From the NCBI GenBank assembly GCA_943357105.1, contig CALRGC010000001.1, positions 17,045 to 81,044 of the forward strand: a stretch of 64,000 bases of DNA, written 5' to 3'. The DNA is from Candidatus Magasanikiibacteriota bacterium (lineage in GTDB: Bacteria; Patescibacteriota; Patescibacteriia; Magasanikbacterales; GWA2-37-8). The notes under the pieces are model-generated. The model ran no database searches. It had not been told where the DNA came from and saw nothing but the letters and a program-made list of their open reading frames with translations. A program made the position numbers and the translations under genes. Of the stretch, positions 38,105-47,429 are shown in pieces; the stretch's first letter is position 1; every line of letters starts with the position of its first letter.

Positions 38105-38320
38105 TTGGAAAGGAGGTTGGGACGGCGTGCACGGGAGGAGGGTGCGCACGCCGTCCCTTTGTCAGTTGTCTCGCTGTTGGACGGTCGACGATCCGCGGGG
38201 AGGAGGGTGGGGACGGATCGTGACATGAATTGCACTTTGCGCTCTTTTGTTCCACCGCACGGGCAGAATAGAGGCCAAAGTAGGCTCGGTGGAAGATTGC
38301 AGCAAGCCTGAAACAACATA
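38105..38320 (-). ncRNA. Candidate GC-rich structured RNA with CCUCCUCCC loops
   Basis: Three hairpins, two with the identical loop motif; promoter-like TTGACT-17 nt-TAATTT upstream on the minus strand. Confidence 0.5.
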
Positions 38321-38415
38321 ACATCATATAAATTAGCCTTTATTTTTAGAAAAGTCAACTCTGGGTCAAAGTTTGACTTTTTCATAAATTTACATTATAA
38401 TAGCCCAATAATAAT

Positions 38416-40399
38416 ATGAATGTTAGTGAATTAGCTAGACAACTCCGAGTCCATCCTGCCAAGCTCCTGCAAATTTTGCCGGAGTTCGGTTTTGATATCG
38501 GCGCGCGCGCCGTAAAAATCGATGATCGGGTGGCGGCGCAAATTCAGCGCGATTGGCGTCGAATAAAATTTGTGCTCGAGGACAGAGAACTAAAAGCCAA
38601 AGAAAAAGAAAAAGAGTTGGAACGTCAAATGCGCAAAGAAAGTGGTGTGGTGGTGGAGATTCCCAATGTTTTGACGGTGCGTGAACTGTCCGATTTGCTC
38701 AATATGCCGATCAATAAGTTGATTTTGGAATTGATGAAAAATGGTATCTTGGCTACTCAAAATGAAAAGATTGATCGGGACTCCGCTTCTTTAATTGCTC
38801 AAGAACTTGGTTTTACTACTTCGGTAAAAAATGAAAATCAAGTCGTGCCAGAAGATACTACTCACTTGGAAAATTTAGAAAAAATATTATCCAGCAGTGC
38901 CGATACCGCTCGCCCGCCAGTAGTAGTGGTGATGGGCCATGTAGATCATGGTAAAACCAAATTATTGGATTCGATTCGTAGTGCCAATGTGATGGCTAGT
39001 GAAGCCGGTGGTATTACTCAGCATATTGGCGCGTACCAAGTAATTTGGAATAATCCAAAAACCAAAGAAAAATCTCCACTTACTTTTATTGATACTCCAG
39101 GCCACGAAGCTTTTACCGTGATGCGTAGCCGTGGCGCCAAGGTGGCCGATATCGCGATTCTCGTAGTTGCCGCTGATGATGGTGTGAAACCTCAAACTGT
39201 AGAAGCGATCAATATTATTAAGGCTGCCAAATTACCGGTAGTCGTAGCCATAAACAAAATTGATAAACCAGGTGCTGACGTGCAGAAAGCCAAAAGTGAA
39301 TTATCAACACATAATTTAATTCCCGATGATTGGGGTGGCGATGTGCCGATGGTAGAAATTTCCGCTAAAGAAAATTTGAATATTGATAAATTGCTCGATA
39401 CTATTTTATTGGTGGCGGAATTAAATGCTGTGACTATTAAAGCCGATGCTACTCGTGCCGCCGCCGGTACCGTAATCGAAGCCCATGTTGACAAAGGCCA
39501 AGGCCCAGTGGCGACTGTATTGGTGCAAACCGGTACTCTGAAAGTAAATGATCCGCTTGTAGTGAACGGTGAAATTTACGGCAAAGTGCGCGCGATGAAA
39601 AATTATCGCGGTGATGATATGAAAACCGCCACTCCTAGTACGCCGGTGAGAATTCTTGGTTTTAAATTAGCACCTCGCGTGGGAGATGTGCTGGATGTCG
39701 GTAGTGTTGATAGCGCGTCAGAAATTAATCTGAAAAATAAACGCGTACAAAATACCGGCGCCGAACAACGTCCGCTGGCCTCTACCGGTGACACCGAAGC
39801 GGATGAAGCGCGCAAAACTTTTAATATTGTTATCAAGACCGATGTGCTCGGATCGCTTGAAGCCATTACCGCCTCGCTCGAAAAAATGAAAAATGATGAA
39901 GTTAGTGTGAAAGTGGTTGGCAAAGGTTTGGGCCACGGGCGCGCAAGTTTTTGGTTTTAATGTTACCACCAGCTCCCTGGCTAATGAGATGATGGGCAAT
40001 ACCGGCGTCCAATTCAAACAGTTCAAAATTATCTATGACCTTTTTGATTATGTCAAAGAAGAGTTGGAAAAACTTTTGAATCCGGAATTAATTATCACCG
40101 AATTGGGTAATATCAAAATCATGGCTATCTTCCGCACGGAAAAAGGCCATATGATCGTCGGTGGTCGCGTGGAAATGGGCAAACTGCAAAAAGATTGCAA
40201 AGTGCGCGTGAAACGCAATAAAGAAATTATTGGTAAAGGCGCCCTGTCTCATCTGCAGACCGGTAAACAAGAAGTAAAAGAAATTCCTGAAGGCACGGAA
40301 TGCGGTGTACAGTTTGATGGTAAGCTGAGACTTGAAGTTGGGGATGTGCTCGAAGCGTATAAGGAAGAGAAGAAAGAAAAGAAATTGGTTTTGAGCTAA
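38416..40399 (+). CDS. infB: Translation initiation factor IF-2, frameshifted near 39930 in this sequence
   Basis: [21 protein letters not shown]; C-terminal domain (IIYDL, ECG) continues in another frame, 39917-40399. Confidence 0.9.
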
Positions 40400-40430
40400 A
40401 ATTATTTAAATACTTTTAATTTCTTATAAT

Positions 40431-40751
40431 ATGGAACACACATTTACTGACGCAAATTTTAAAGCTGAAGTTTTGGAAAGCAAAACTCCGGTGTTTGTGG
40501 ATTTTTGGGCACCATGGTGCGGACCTTGTCAGATGATGGGGCCGATTGTGGAAGAATTGGCCAAAGAATTGGACGGCAAAAATATTAAAATCGGCAAATT
40601 GAATGTGGATGAAAACAATGACACCTCGACTGCCTACAGCGTGATGAGTATCCCAACTTTCTTGATATTCAAAGGTGGGGAAGTGGTGGATCAGATTACC
40701 GGTGGTGTGCAGAAGGAAAAATTGAAAGAAATGATGGCAAAGTATCTGTAA
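40431..40751 (+). CDS. trxA: Thioredoxin
   Basis: DFWAPWCGPC, SIPT. Confidence 0.95.
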   Translation: MEHTFTDANFKAEVLESKTPVFVDFWAPWCGPCQMMGPIVEELAKELDGKNIKIGKLNVDENNDTSTAYSVMSIPTFLIFKGGEVVDQITGGVQKEKLKEMMAKYL

Positions 40752-40842
40752 AATTAAAATAAAAAACACTCGAATATTCGAGTGTTTTTTATTTTTTCTA
40801 GCCATTGCTATGTAACAAAAATTTAGGTAAAATAACCCCGCT

Positions 40843-43800
40843 ATGAAAGACTTTGTCCACCTCCACGTTCACTCCCATTATTCGCTTCTCGAAGGTTTGC
40901 CAAAAGTGGCTGACCTGGTAAAAGCCGCCAAAAAGCGGGGTTTTTCGGCGTTGGCGCTCACCGACCACGGTAATATGTATGGGGCAATTGAGTTTTATCA
41001 GGAGTGTGAAAAAAATGGGATAAAGCCGATTATTGGTACCGAAGTTTATGTGGCGGCCAAAAGTCACCTTGATAAAGACGAACATGAAAATTATTCACGC
41101 TTGATTTTGCTCGCGATTGATAACGTCGGTTACCACAATCTTATTACGCTTACTTCGATTGCTCAGACTGCCGGTTTTCATCTCAAACCGCGGGTCGACA
41201 AAGAATCATTAAAAAAATATCACAGCGGGATTGTGGCACTGTCGGGTGGATTTGATGGTGAGATTGCTATAGCCTTGCGCAAAGAAAATAATTTAGATAA
41301 AGCCAAAAAATTAGCTTTGGAATATAGAGATATTTTTGGTGAAGATAATTTTTATTTGGAATTAATGGATCTGCCGGCGCGCGAAGGTCAGACGGAATTA
41401 AATTCATCCTTGATTGAACTAGGACAAGAAACCGATGTGCCATTAGTAGTCACGCGCGATGTTCATTATTTGGATCTGGACGATGCCGAAGCGCAAGATG
41501 TGCTTACTTGTATTCGTGATGGAAAAAATGTCGAAGATGTGAATCGTTATTCCATGGTGGGCGTAGATTATTCGCTCTGTGATGGTGATGATATTGCCAG
41601 CCGATTTTCTCATATTAAAATTGCTTTAGAAAATACTGCGAAAATTGCGGCGCGGGCCAATATAAAATTGGAATTAAACAAATGGCATTTTCCTCATATT
41701 GATCTGCCAGTTGGCAAAAATGCCGATCAATATTTGAGCGATTTGGTCTATGAACGCCTAACCAAATTAATTGAGATTAATGATGCGGTGCGTGAAAGAG
41801 TGGAATATGAATTAGGGATTATTGCTACCAAAGGATACTCCCCATATTTTATCGTGGTGGCGGATTATGTAAATTACGCGCGCGATAATGGTATTGTTGA
41901 AACGACTCGTGGCTCCGGTGCCGGTTCAATTGTGGCCTATGCGATGGGCATTACGACCGTTAATCCGCTTTTTTTCAAATTACCATTTGAGCGTTTTCTC
42001 AATCCTTATCGTCCCAGCGCTCCCGATATTGATGCGGACTTTGCCGATGATCGCCGTGATGAGATGATCGCTTATGTAACCAAAAAATATGGCGCCGATA
42101 AGGTCGCCCAGATTATTACTTTTGGTACGATGGCGGCGCGCGGCGCTATTCGTGATGTTGGTCGCGCACTCGGGTATTCTTATTCTTTTTGTGATCAGGT
42201 TTCCAAGATGATACCCATTGGTGCTCAAGGTTTTCAGATGACTTTGGACAAAGCTTTGAATTTGGAAAAAGATCTGATGGAGCTGTATAAAAAAAATCCT
42301 CAGGTACAAAGATTAATTGATCTGGCCAAAAAAATTGAAGGTTGTGCCCGTCATACTTCAATGCACGCGGCCGGGGTAGTAATTTCGCCAACCCCGCTGA
42401 CTGATTTTACTCCGGTGCAATACGAAACCGGTGGTGATAAAATTACTACCCAATATGAAATGCACGCGGTGGAGGCGGCTGGTCTGCTCAAGATGGATTT
42501 CTTGGGTATTCGCAACTTGTCAATTTTGGGTCGCGCGGTGGAAATCGTGGAAAAAACTACCGGAAAGAAAATAGATATTTTTCAAATTCCTTGGGATGAT
42601 CAAAAAACTTACGATATGTTATCGCGCGGTGAGACCAATAGTGTGTTTCAACTTGCCGGTTCGGGTATTACCCGCTATCTCAAAGAACTAAAACCATCTT
42701 CGATTTTTGATATCACCGCCATGGTGGCGCTGTTTCGCCCTGGTCCAATGGAACAGATTCCAGAATACATTCGTCGTAAACATCATCCGGAAATGGTAGA
42801 TTATCTAGATCCGCGCATGAAAGAATATTTGGATCAATCTTTGGGTTTGATCGTGTATCAAGACGATGTGTTGCTTACTTCTATTCATCTGGCCGGCTAC
42901 AATTGGGAAGAAGCCGATAAATTCCGCAAAGCCATGGGCAAAAAAATTCCCGAAGAGATGGCCAAGCAAAAAGAAAAATTTGTGAAAGGCTGTCGGGAGT
43001 TTGGAAAATTACCGGAAGCCAAAATCCATCTATTATGGGAAATGATCGAGCCGTTCGCGGCCTATGGTTTTAACAAAGCGCACGCGGCCAGCTATGGCGT
43101 AGTGGCCTACCAGACCGCTTATCTGAAGGCCAATTTTCCGGTGCAATATATGACCGCGGTGCTGATAGCGGAAAGTGGGGATATGGATAAAGTGCCGGAA
43201 ATTATTCGCGAATGTGAACGCATGGGAGTAAAAGTTTTGCCGCCAGATATCAATGAAAGTTTGAAAACTTTCGCGATGATTGGTTGGGAAAACGGTGGTA
43301 ATGCCCATATTCGTTTTGGTCTTAGTGGTATAAAAAATTTGGGTGAACATATTGCTGAGGCAATTTATCGCGAACGCAAAGACAATGGACGCTATTTCGA
43401 TCTCACCGATTTTCTTCAGCGTGTTCAGCATAAAGATCTTAATAAAAAGTCACTAGAAAGTTTGATTAAATGTGGTGCCTTGGATTGTTTTGGATTTGAT
43501 CGCGGCGTGCTTTTGGCCAATACCGAAAATTTATTATATTTTTCCAAAAATTTTGGCGAACAAAAAAGAACTTCACAAAATTCTCTTTTTGCCGGTACTG
43601 GAATTGATTTTTCTTCCAAGCTCCATTTAAACAAAGCACCCAATGCCACTCAAGATGAAGTGCTGATTTGGGAAAAAGAGTTACTGGGACTGTATGTCAC
43701 TGCCCATCCATTTGCGCCATTAGCAGCCCAGTTATCAGCCTGTTTAACCGATATTAAAGATTTGGGGAGTTATAGTCGCAACGAGTGGATAGTAGTCGGC

Positions 43801-44304
43801 GGCATTATTGATAGTGTAAAGAAAAAAATTACTCGTAGTGGCTCACCGATGAGTTTTGTGACGATTCAGGACACCACTGATCGTCTGGAGCTCTTGGTAT
43901 TTCCGAAAGTTTATGAAAAAACCAAAGAAATTTGGGCTGAAGGTAAGATGGTCGTAGTAGTTGGTAAAACTTCCCAAGAAGAAGGGGATAATAAATTATT
44001 TGTAGAGAAGGCTTATGCTTTGACTCTCGAGAACGCGGCTCAACTAGCTTCGCAATTGGGCGATGGAAAGAAAAATTCTATTCGCCAGTATGTGTCTCCA
44101 GAATTGTCGGAAAAGACCTTTGAAATCAGCATTACCGCCGATTATCTCAAAGCAAAAGCTGATGATATCAAAGCTTTGTTGGCTTCGGTCCCGGGAGATG
44201 AGGCCGTATATTTGGTAGTAGGGCAGAAAAAAATAAAAACTTCTTATAAAATAAAAACTTCTCCTGAGTTTCAAGAGAAGTTAAGGATTATTTTAGACAG
44301 TTAA
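40843..44304 (+). CDS. dnaE: DNA polymerase III alpha subunit
   Basis: HLHVHSHYSLL PHP domain, RGSGAGS, PDIDADF, KMDFLG, YGFNKAHA. Confidence 0.96.
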   Translation: MKDFVHLHVHSHYSLLEGLPKVADLVKAAKKRGFSALALTDHGNMYGAIEFYQECEKNGIKPIIGTEVYVAAKSHLDKDEHENYSRLILLAIDNVGYHNLITLTSIAQTAGFHLKPRVDKESLKKYHSGIVALSGGFDGEIAIALRKENNLDKAKKLALEYRDIFGEDNFYLELMDLPAREGQTELNSSLIELGQETDVPLVVTRDVHYLDLDDAEAQDVLTCIRDGKNVEDVNRYSMVGVDYSLCDGDDIASRFSHIKIALENTAKIAARANIKLELNKWHFPHIDLPVGKNADQYLSDLVYERLTKLIEINDAVRERVEYELGIIATKGYSPYFIVVADYVNYARDNGIVETTRGSGAGSIVAYAMGITTVNPLFFKLPFERFLNPYRPSAPDIDADFADDRRDEMIAYVTKKYGADKVAQIITFGTMAARGAIRDVGRALGYSYSFCDQVSKMIPIGAQGFQMTLDKALNLEKDLMELYKKNPQVQRLIDLAKKIEGCARHTSMHAAGVVISPTPLTDFTPVQYETGGDKITTQYEMHAVEAAGLLKMDFLGIRNLSILGRAVEIVEKTTGKKIDIFQIPWDDQKTYDMLSRGETNSVFQLAGSGITRYLKELKPSSIFDITAMVALFRPGPMEQIPEYIRRKHHPEMVDYLDPRMKEYLDQSLGLIVYQDDVLLTSIHLAGYNWEEADKFRKAMGKKIPEEMAKQKEKFVKGCREFGKLPEAKIHLLWEMIEPFAAYGFNKAHAASYGVVAYQTAYLKANFPVQYMTAVLIAESGDMDKVPEIIRECERMGVKVLPPDINESLKTFAMIGWENGGNAHIRFGLSGIKNLGEHIAEAIYRERKDNGRYFDLTDFLQRVQHKDLNKKSLESLIKCGALDCFGFDRGVLLANTENLLYFSKNFGEQKRTSQNSLFAGTGIDFSSKLHLNKAPNATQDEVLIWEKELLGLYVTAHPFAPLAAQLSACLTDIKDLGSYSRNEWIVVGGIIDSVKKKITRSGSPMSFVTIQDTTDRLELLVFPKVYEKTKEIWAEGKMVVVVGKTSQEEGDNKLFVEKAYALTLENAAQLASQLGDGKKNSIRQYVSPELSEKTFEISITADYLKAKADDIKALLASVPGDEAVYLVVGQKKIKTSYKIKTSPEFQEKLRIILDS

Positions 44305-45816
44305 TTAAGTAATTTTTTTCTCAAACAAGTCTTTTATCCAACTGGTCTTGGAAGTATTGAGAGCGGATTTAATATGGCTTTTGGCCGCGTGAGTTTTGAC
44401 AAATTTGAGCCAATCAGGGCTTGGACCTTTGCGATTTTTATCGGTAATCACATCCACTACGTCACCACTTTTTAAAATTGAATCCAAGCTCACCATCTGA
44501 TCATTTATTTTGGCGCCGTTACATTTATTGCCCACTTCGGTATGAATATGATAAGCAAAATCAATCGGTGTAGCATCTTCGGGCAGATCGATAACATCAC
44601 CTTTGGGAGTAAAGACAAAAATATGATTGCGGAAAAAGTCCACTTTCATCTCTTCTAGGTCTTTGAGATTATTGAGAATATCTTTTTGCATTTTGGCCAG
44701 TTCTTTGGCCCAATTATAATCTTTTCTAGATTGATGATGGCCGCTTTTATCATAATTCCAATGCCCAACCGTGGCTCCGTATTCGGCTTCTTCATGCATC
44801 GCTTTGGTGCGAATTTGAAATTCTACGATTTTACCCTCGTCGCAAAACACAGTAGTATGCAAACATTGATAGCCATTTGGTTTGGGTTGAGCGACATAGT
44901 CTTTGATGCGGCCTTTAAGCGGCGGCCAGAGGCGATGAATAACCCCCAAAGTAGCGTAACAGTCGCCCACATCTTGGACAATAATTCTGACGGCCACAAT
45001 ATCGTAGACATTGTTGATGTCCCAATTTTTGCGGATTAATTTTTTGTATAAACTGTAGAGACTTTTTTCTCGTCCGTGAATATTGATAAATTTTACTTCG
45101 GCGGATTTAGATTCGGTTTCCAATTTTTTCATTATCTTTTCTAGATAAATATTGGTCTCCGCCACTTTTTCTTCACGCATCTGTTTGACCCGCTGGTATT
45201 CTTTTGGTTCCAAATGTTTAAAAGACAGATCTTCGAGCAAACTTTTGAATTCACCCATACCCAAACGATTGGCAATCGGAGCGTATATTTCCATACTCTC
45301 CAGAGCGATGCGTTGGCGTTTTTTTTCGGGCAGAGAATCCAGTGTGCTCAAATTGTGAATACGATCGGCAAATTTGATAATCATCACGCGGATATCTTCG
45401 GCCATGGCCACAAAAAGTTTGCGCAGATTTTCGATATAGCGTTCCATGCCACGATATTTTAATTTGCCCAATTTGGTAATGCCGTTGATCATGTTGGCGA
45501 TATCCGGACCAAAGTTTTTTTCAATTTCTTCCAGAGTGACTTCGGTATCTTCTGGCACGTCATGCATTAAGGCAGCAATAATAATGTTTGGTTCAGCCTG
45601 GATCTGCGACAAGATAAAAGCGGCAATGGTCGGGTGGATAATATATGGTTCGCCGGATTTACGAAATTGACCGCTGTGGGCCGCCGCCGCGAAATCATAA
45701 GCTAGGCGAACAGTTTCAATATCGCTGGCGGTACAATATTTTTTGAGATTGGTTATTAAGTCCTCCAGTGAAGCGGATTTGGGGACATTTAGGTGAGAAA
45801 ATAGTAGCTTATCCAT
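44305..45816 (-). CDS. RelA/SpoT family (p)ppGpp synthetase/hydrolase (HD, synthetase and TGS domains only)
   Basis: RKSGEPYIIHP, HDVPED, KDY..PKPNGYQ.LHT, FTPKG. Confidence 0.92.
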   Translation of the reverse strand: MDKLLFSHLNVPKSASLEDLITNLKKYCTASDIETVRLAYDFAAAAHSGQFRKSGEPYIIHPTIAAFILSQIQAEPNIIIAALMHDVPEDTEVTLEEIEKNFGPDIANMINGITKLGKLKYRGMERYIENLRKLFVAMAEDIRVMIIKFADRIHNLSTLDSLPEKKRQRIALESMEIYAPIANRLGMGEFKSLLEDLSFKHLEPKEYQRVKQMREEKVAETNIYLEKIMKKLETESKSAEVKFINIHGREKSLYSLYKKLIRKNWDINNVYDIVAVRIIVQDVGDCYATLGVIHRLWPPLKGRIKDYVAQPKPNGYQCLHTTVFCDEGKIVEFQIRTKAMHEEAEYGATVGHWNYDKSGHHQSRKDYNWAKELAKMQKDILNNLKDLEEMKVDFFRNHIFVFTPKGDVIDLPEDATPIDFAYHIHTEVGNKCNGAKINDQMVSLDSILKSGDVVDVITDKNRKGPSPDWLKFVKTHAAKSHIKSALNTSKTSWIKDLFEKKIT

Positions 45817-45905
45817 AGTTTTAACAATTATTTAATTATATCAGGTTCTTGGCCAATTGCAAACTAAACTTGACAAAACGGCTATTTGGTGTTATATTAT
45901 TAGGC

Positions 45906-46293
45906 GTTTACAGTGGATGATCGTCCCTGACCTAGTCAGGGGAGGAAAGTCCGAACACTTTCTTTGAAAAAAGAAAAAAGGCAGTGGGTAACACCCACCG
46001 GTTTGGCGGCAACGTCAAACAAGGGAAAGCGGCACAGAGACAATACTATCCCAGAGCAATTTGGGAGAAAGGTGAAAAGAATATGGAAGTTCTGACTCTA
46101 GAACAGAGCTACCATATACCGACCGTTGTGAGACGGTCTGGTGCCAAGCCCTGCCTGGGTGCAAGAGCAGCCTATGAGAGAGACATAGGAAAAGTTCGCT
46201 CGCTTGATTTTGGCAGTAATGCCAAAACTAGATAAATGATCGTCACGTCTTGCTAAACACAAGACGTACAGAATTCGGCTTATAACTGTAAAC
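45906..46293 (+). ncRNA. rnpB: RNase P RNA
   Basis: GAGGAAAGTCC and ACAGAATTCGGCTTA conserved boxes; terminal stem GTTTACAGT/ACTGTAAAC. Confidence 0.93.
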
Positions 46294-46374
46294 TCATCAA
46301 CCTCGTATCTTCGGATGCGAGGTTTTTGTTATTGTGATATAATTATCATGAATATAATTTTTTACCTAATAAAT

Positions 46375-47301
46375 ATGGAATCTTATTCTTTTGATCACGC
46401 GCAAAAAATCGTGGTCATTGGGGCCGGAGCAGTTGGCGCTACAGTGGCTTACACTTTGATGCTGAAAAATTTAGCCGCGCGCATTGTTTTGATTGATGTT
46501 AATATTCAAAAGCAAGAAGGTGAAGTGATGGATATTGATGATGTTTTAAGTTTTGTGGAAACCGGTTCCATTAGTTCGGGTAATTTTAAAGATGCTATTG
46601 ATGCCGACGTGATTATTTTGACCGCTGGGGCGGCGCAAAAGCCGGGTGAGACTAGGTTGGATTTGATAAATAAAAATAAAACTATAACCAGATCTATTTT
46701 TAAAGAAATTGGAAAATTAAAATCTACCGCCATTGTATTGGTAGTGGCCAATCCGGTAGATATTTTGACTTATTTAGTTCAAGAAGTTTCTGGTTTGGAC
46801 CACAAACGAGTTTTTGGTTCCGGCACCAGTTTGGACACTGCCCGTCTGCGCACGGAAATTTCTAAAGTTTTAAAAGTATCTGCCCAAAATGTTGAAGGTT
46901 ATGTTTTGGGAGAACACGGCGATACCGAGTTTGATGCTTTTAGTACAGTTTCGGTCGGTGGTATTTTGATCAAAGATTTTAAATTGCCTAGAGCCAAATT
47001 GGATGAGATCGAAAGTAAAGTAAAAAATGCAGCTTATGATATTATCAATCGCAAAGGCGCGACTTTTTATGGGATCGCGATGGTAGTGGCCGATATTGTG
47101 GAAGCAATTTTATTTGATCAAAGAAAAATTATGCCTTTGTCGGTAAGGTTAGAAGGTTGGAATGGAATTTCCGGAGTATGTCTAAGTGTTCCTGTCGTGG
47201 TAGGGAGACAAGGAATAGAAAAAGTTTGGCCGGTAAAATTAAATTTTTCCGAAAAAATTCGTCTCAAAAAATCCACCAAGGAAATCAAGAAATTCTTGTA
47301 G
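46375..47301 (+). CDS. ldh: L-lactate/malate dehydrogenase family protein
   Basis: IGAGAVG, GAAQKPGETRLDL, NPVD, LDTARL, GEHGD. Confidence 0.88.
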   Translation: MESYSFDHAQKIVVIGAGAVGATVAYTLMLKNLAARIVLIDVNIQKQEGEVMDIDDVLSFVETGSISSGNFKDAIDADVIILTAGAAQKPGETRLDLINKNKTITRSIFKEIGKLKSTAIVLVVANPVDILTYLVQEVSGLDHKRVFGSGTSLDTARLRTEISKVLKVSAQNVEGYVLGEHGDTEFDAFSTVSVGGILIKDFKLPRAKLDEIESKVKNAAYDIINRKGATFYGIAMVVADIVEAILFDQRKIMPLSVRLEGWNGISGVCLSVPVVVGRQGIEKVWPVKLNFSEKIRLKKSTKEIKKFL

Positions 47302-47306
47302 AATTA

Positions 47307-47411
47307 AAAAACACGGCGCATAGTTACCTTTGAGCGGGTTATGAGGCCAAGCCTCATCCTTTCGCCCTCGCGGGCGAAAAAAGCGAAAAGGTCACTGTGC
47401 GCCGTGTTTTT
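47307..47411. repeat. Palindromic T-shaped element, family C copy 2 (terminator-like outer stem)
   Basis: AAAAACACGGCGCATAGT...ACTGTGCGCCGTGTTTTT enclosing the 61-nt shared core. Confidence 0.85.
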
Positions 47412-47429
47412 GTTTGCAAGACTAGAAGT

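Noticed and set aside
38092-38385. Several short ORFs in the truB-infB gap
   Set aside because: No convincing start signals or protein-like composition; hairpin structure explains the GC richness better
45984-46235. 83-aa ORF
   Set aside because: Lies entirely within the RNase P RNA gene
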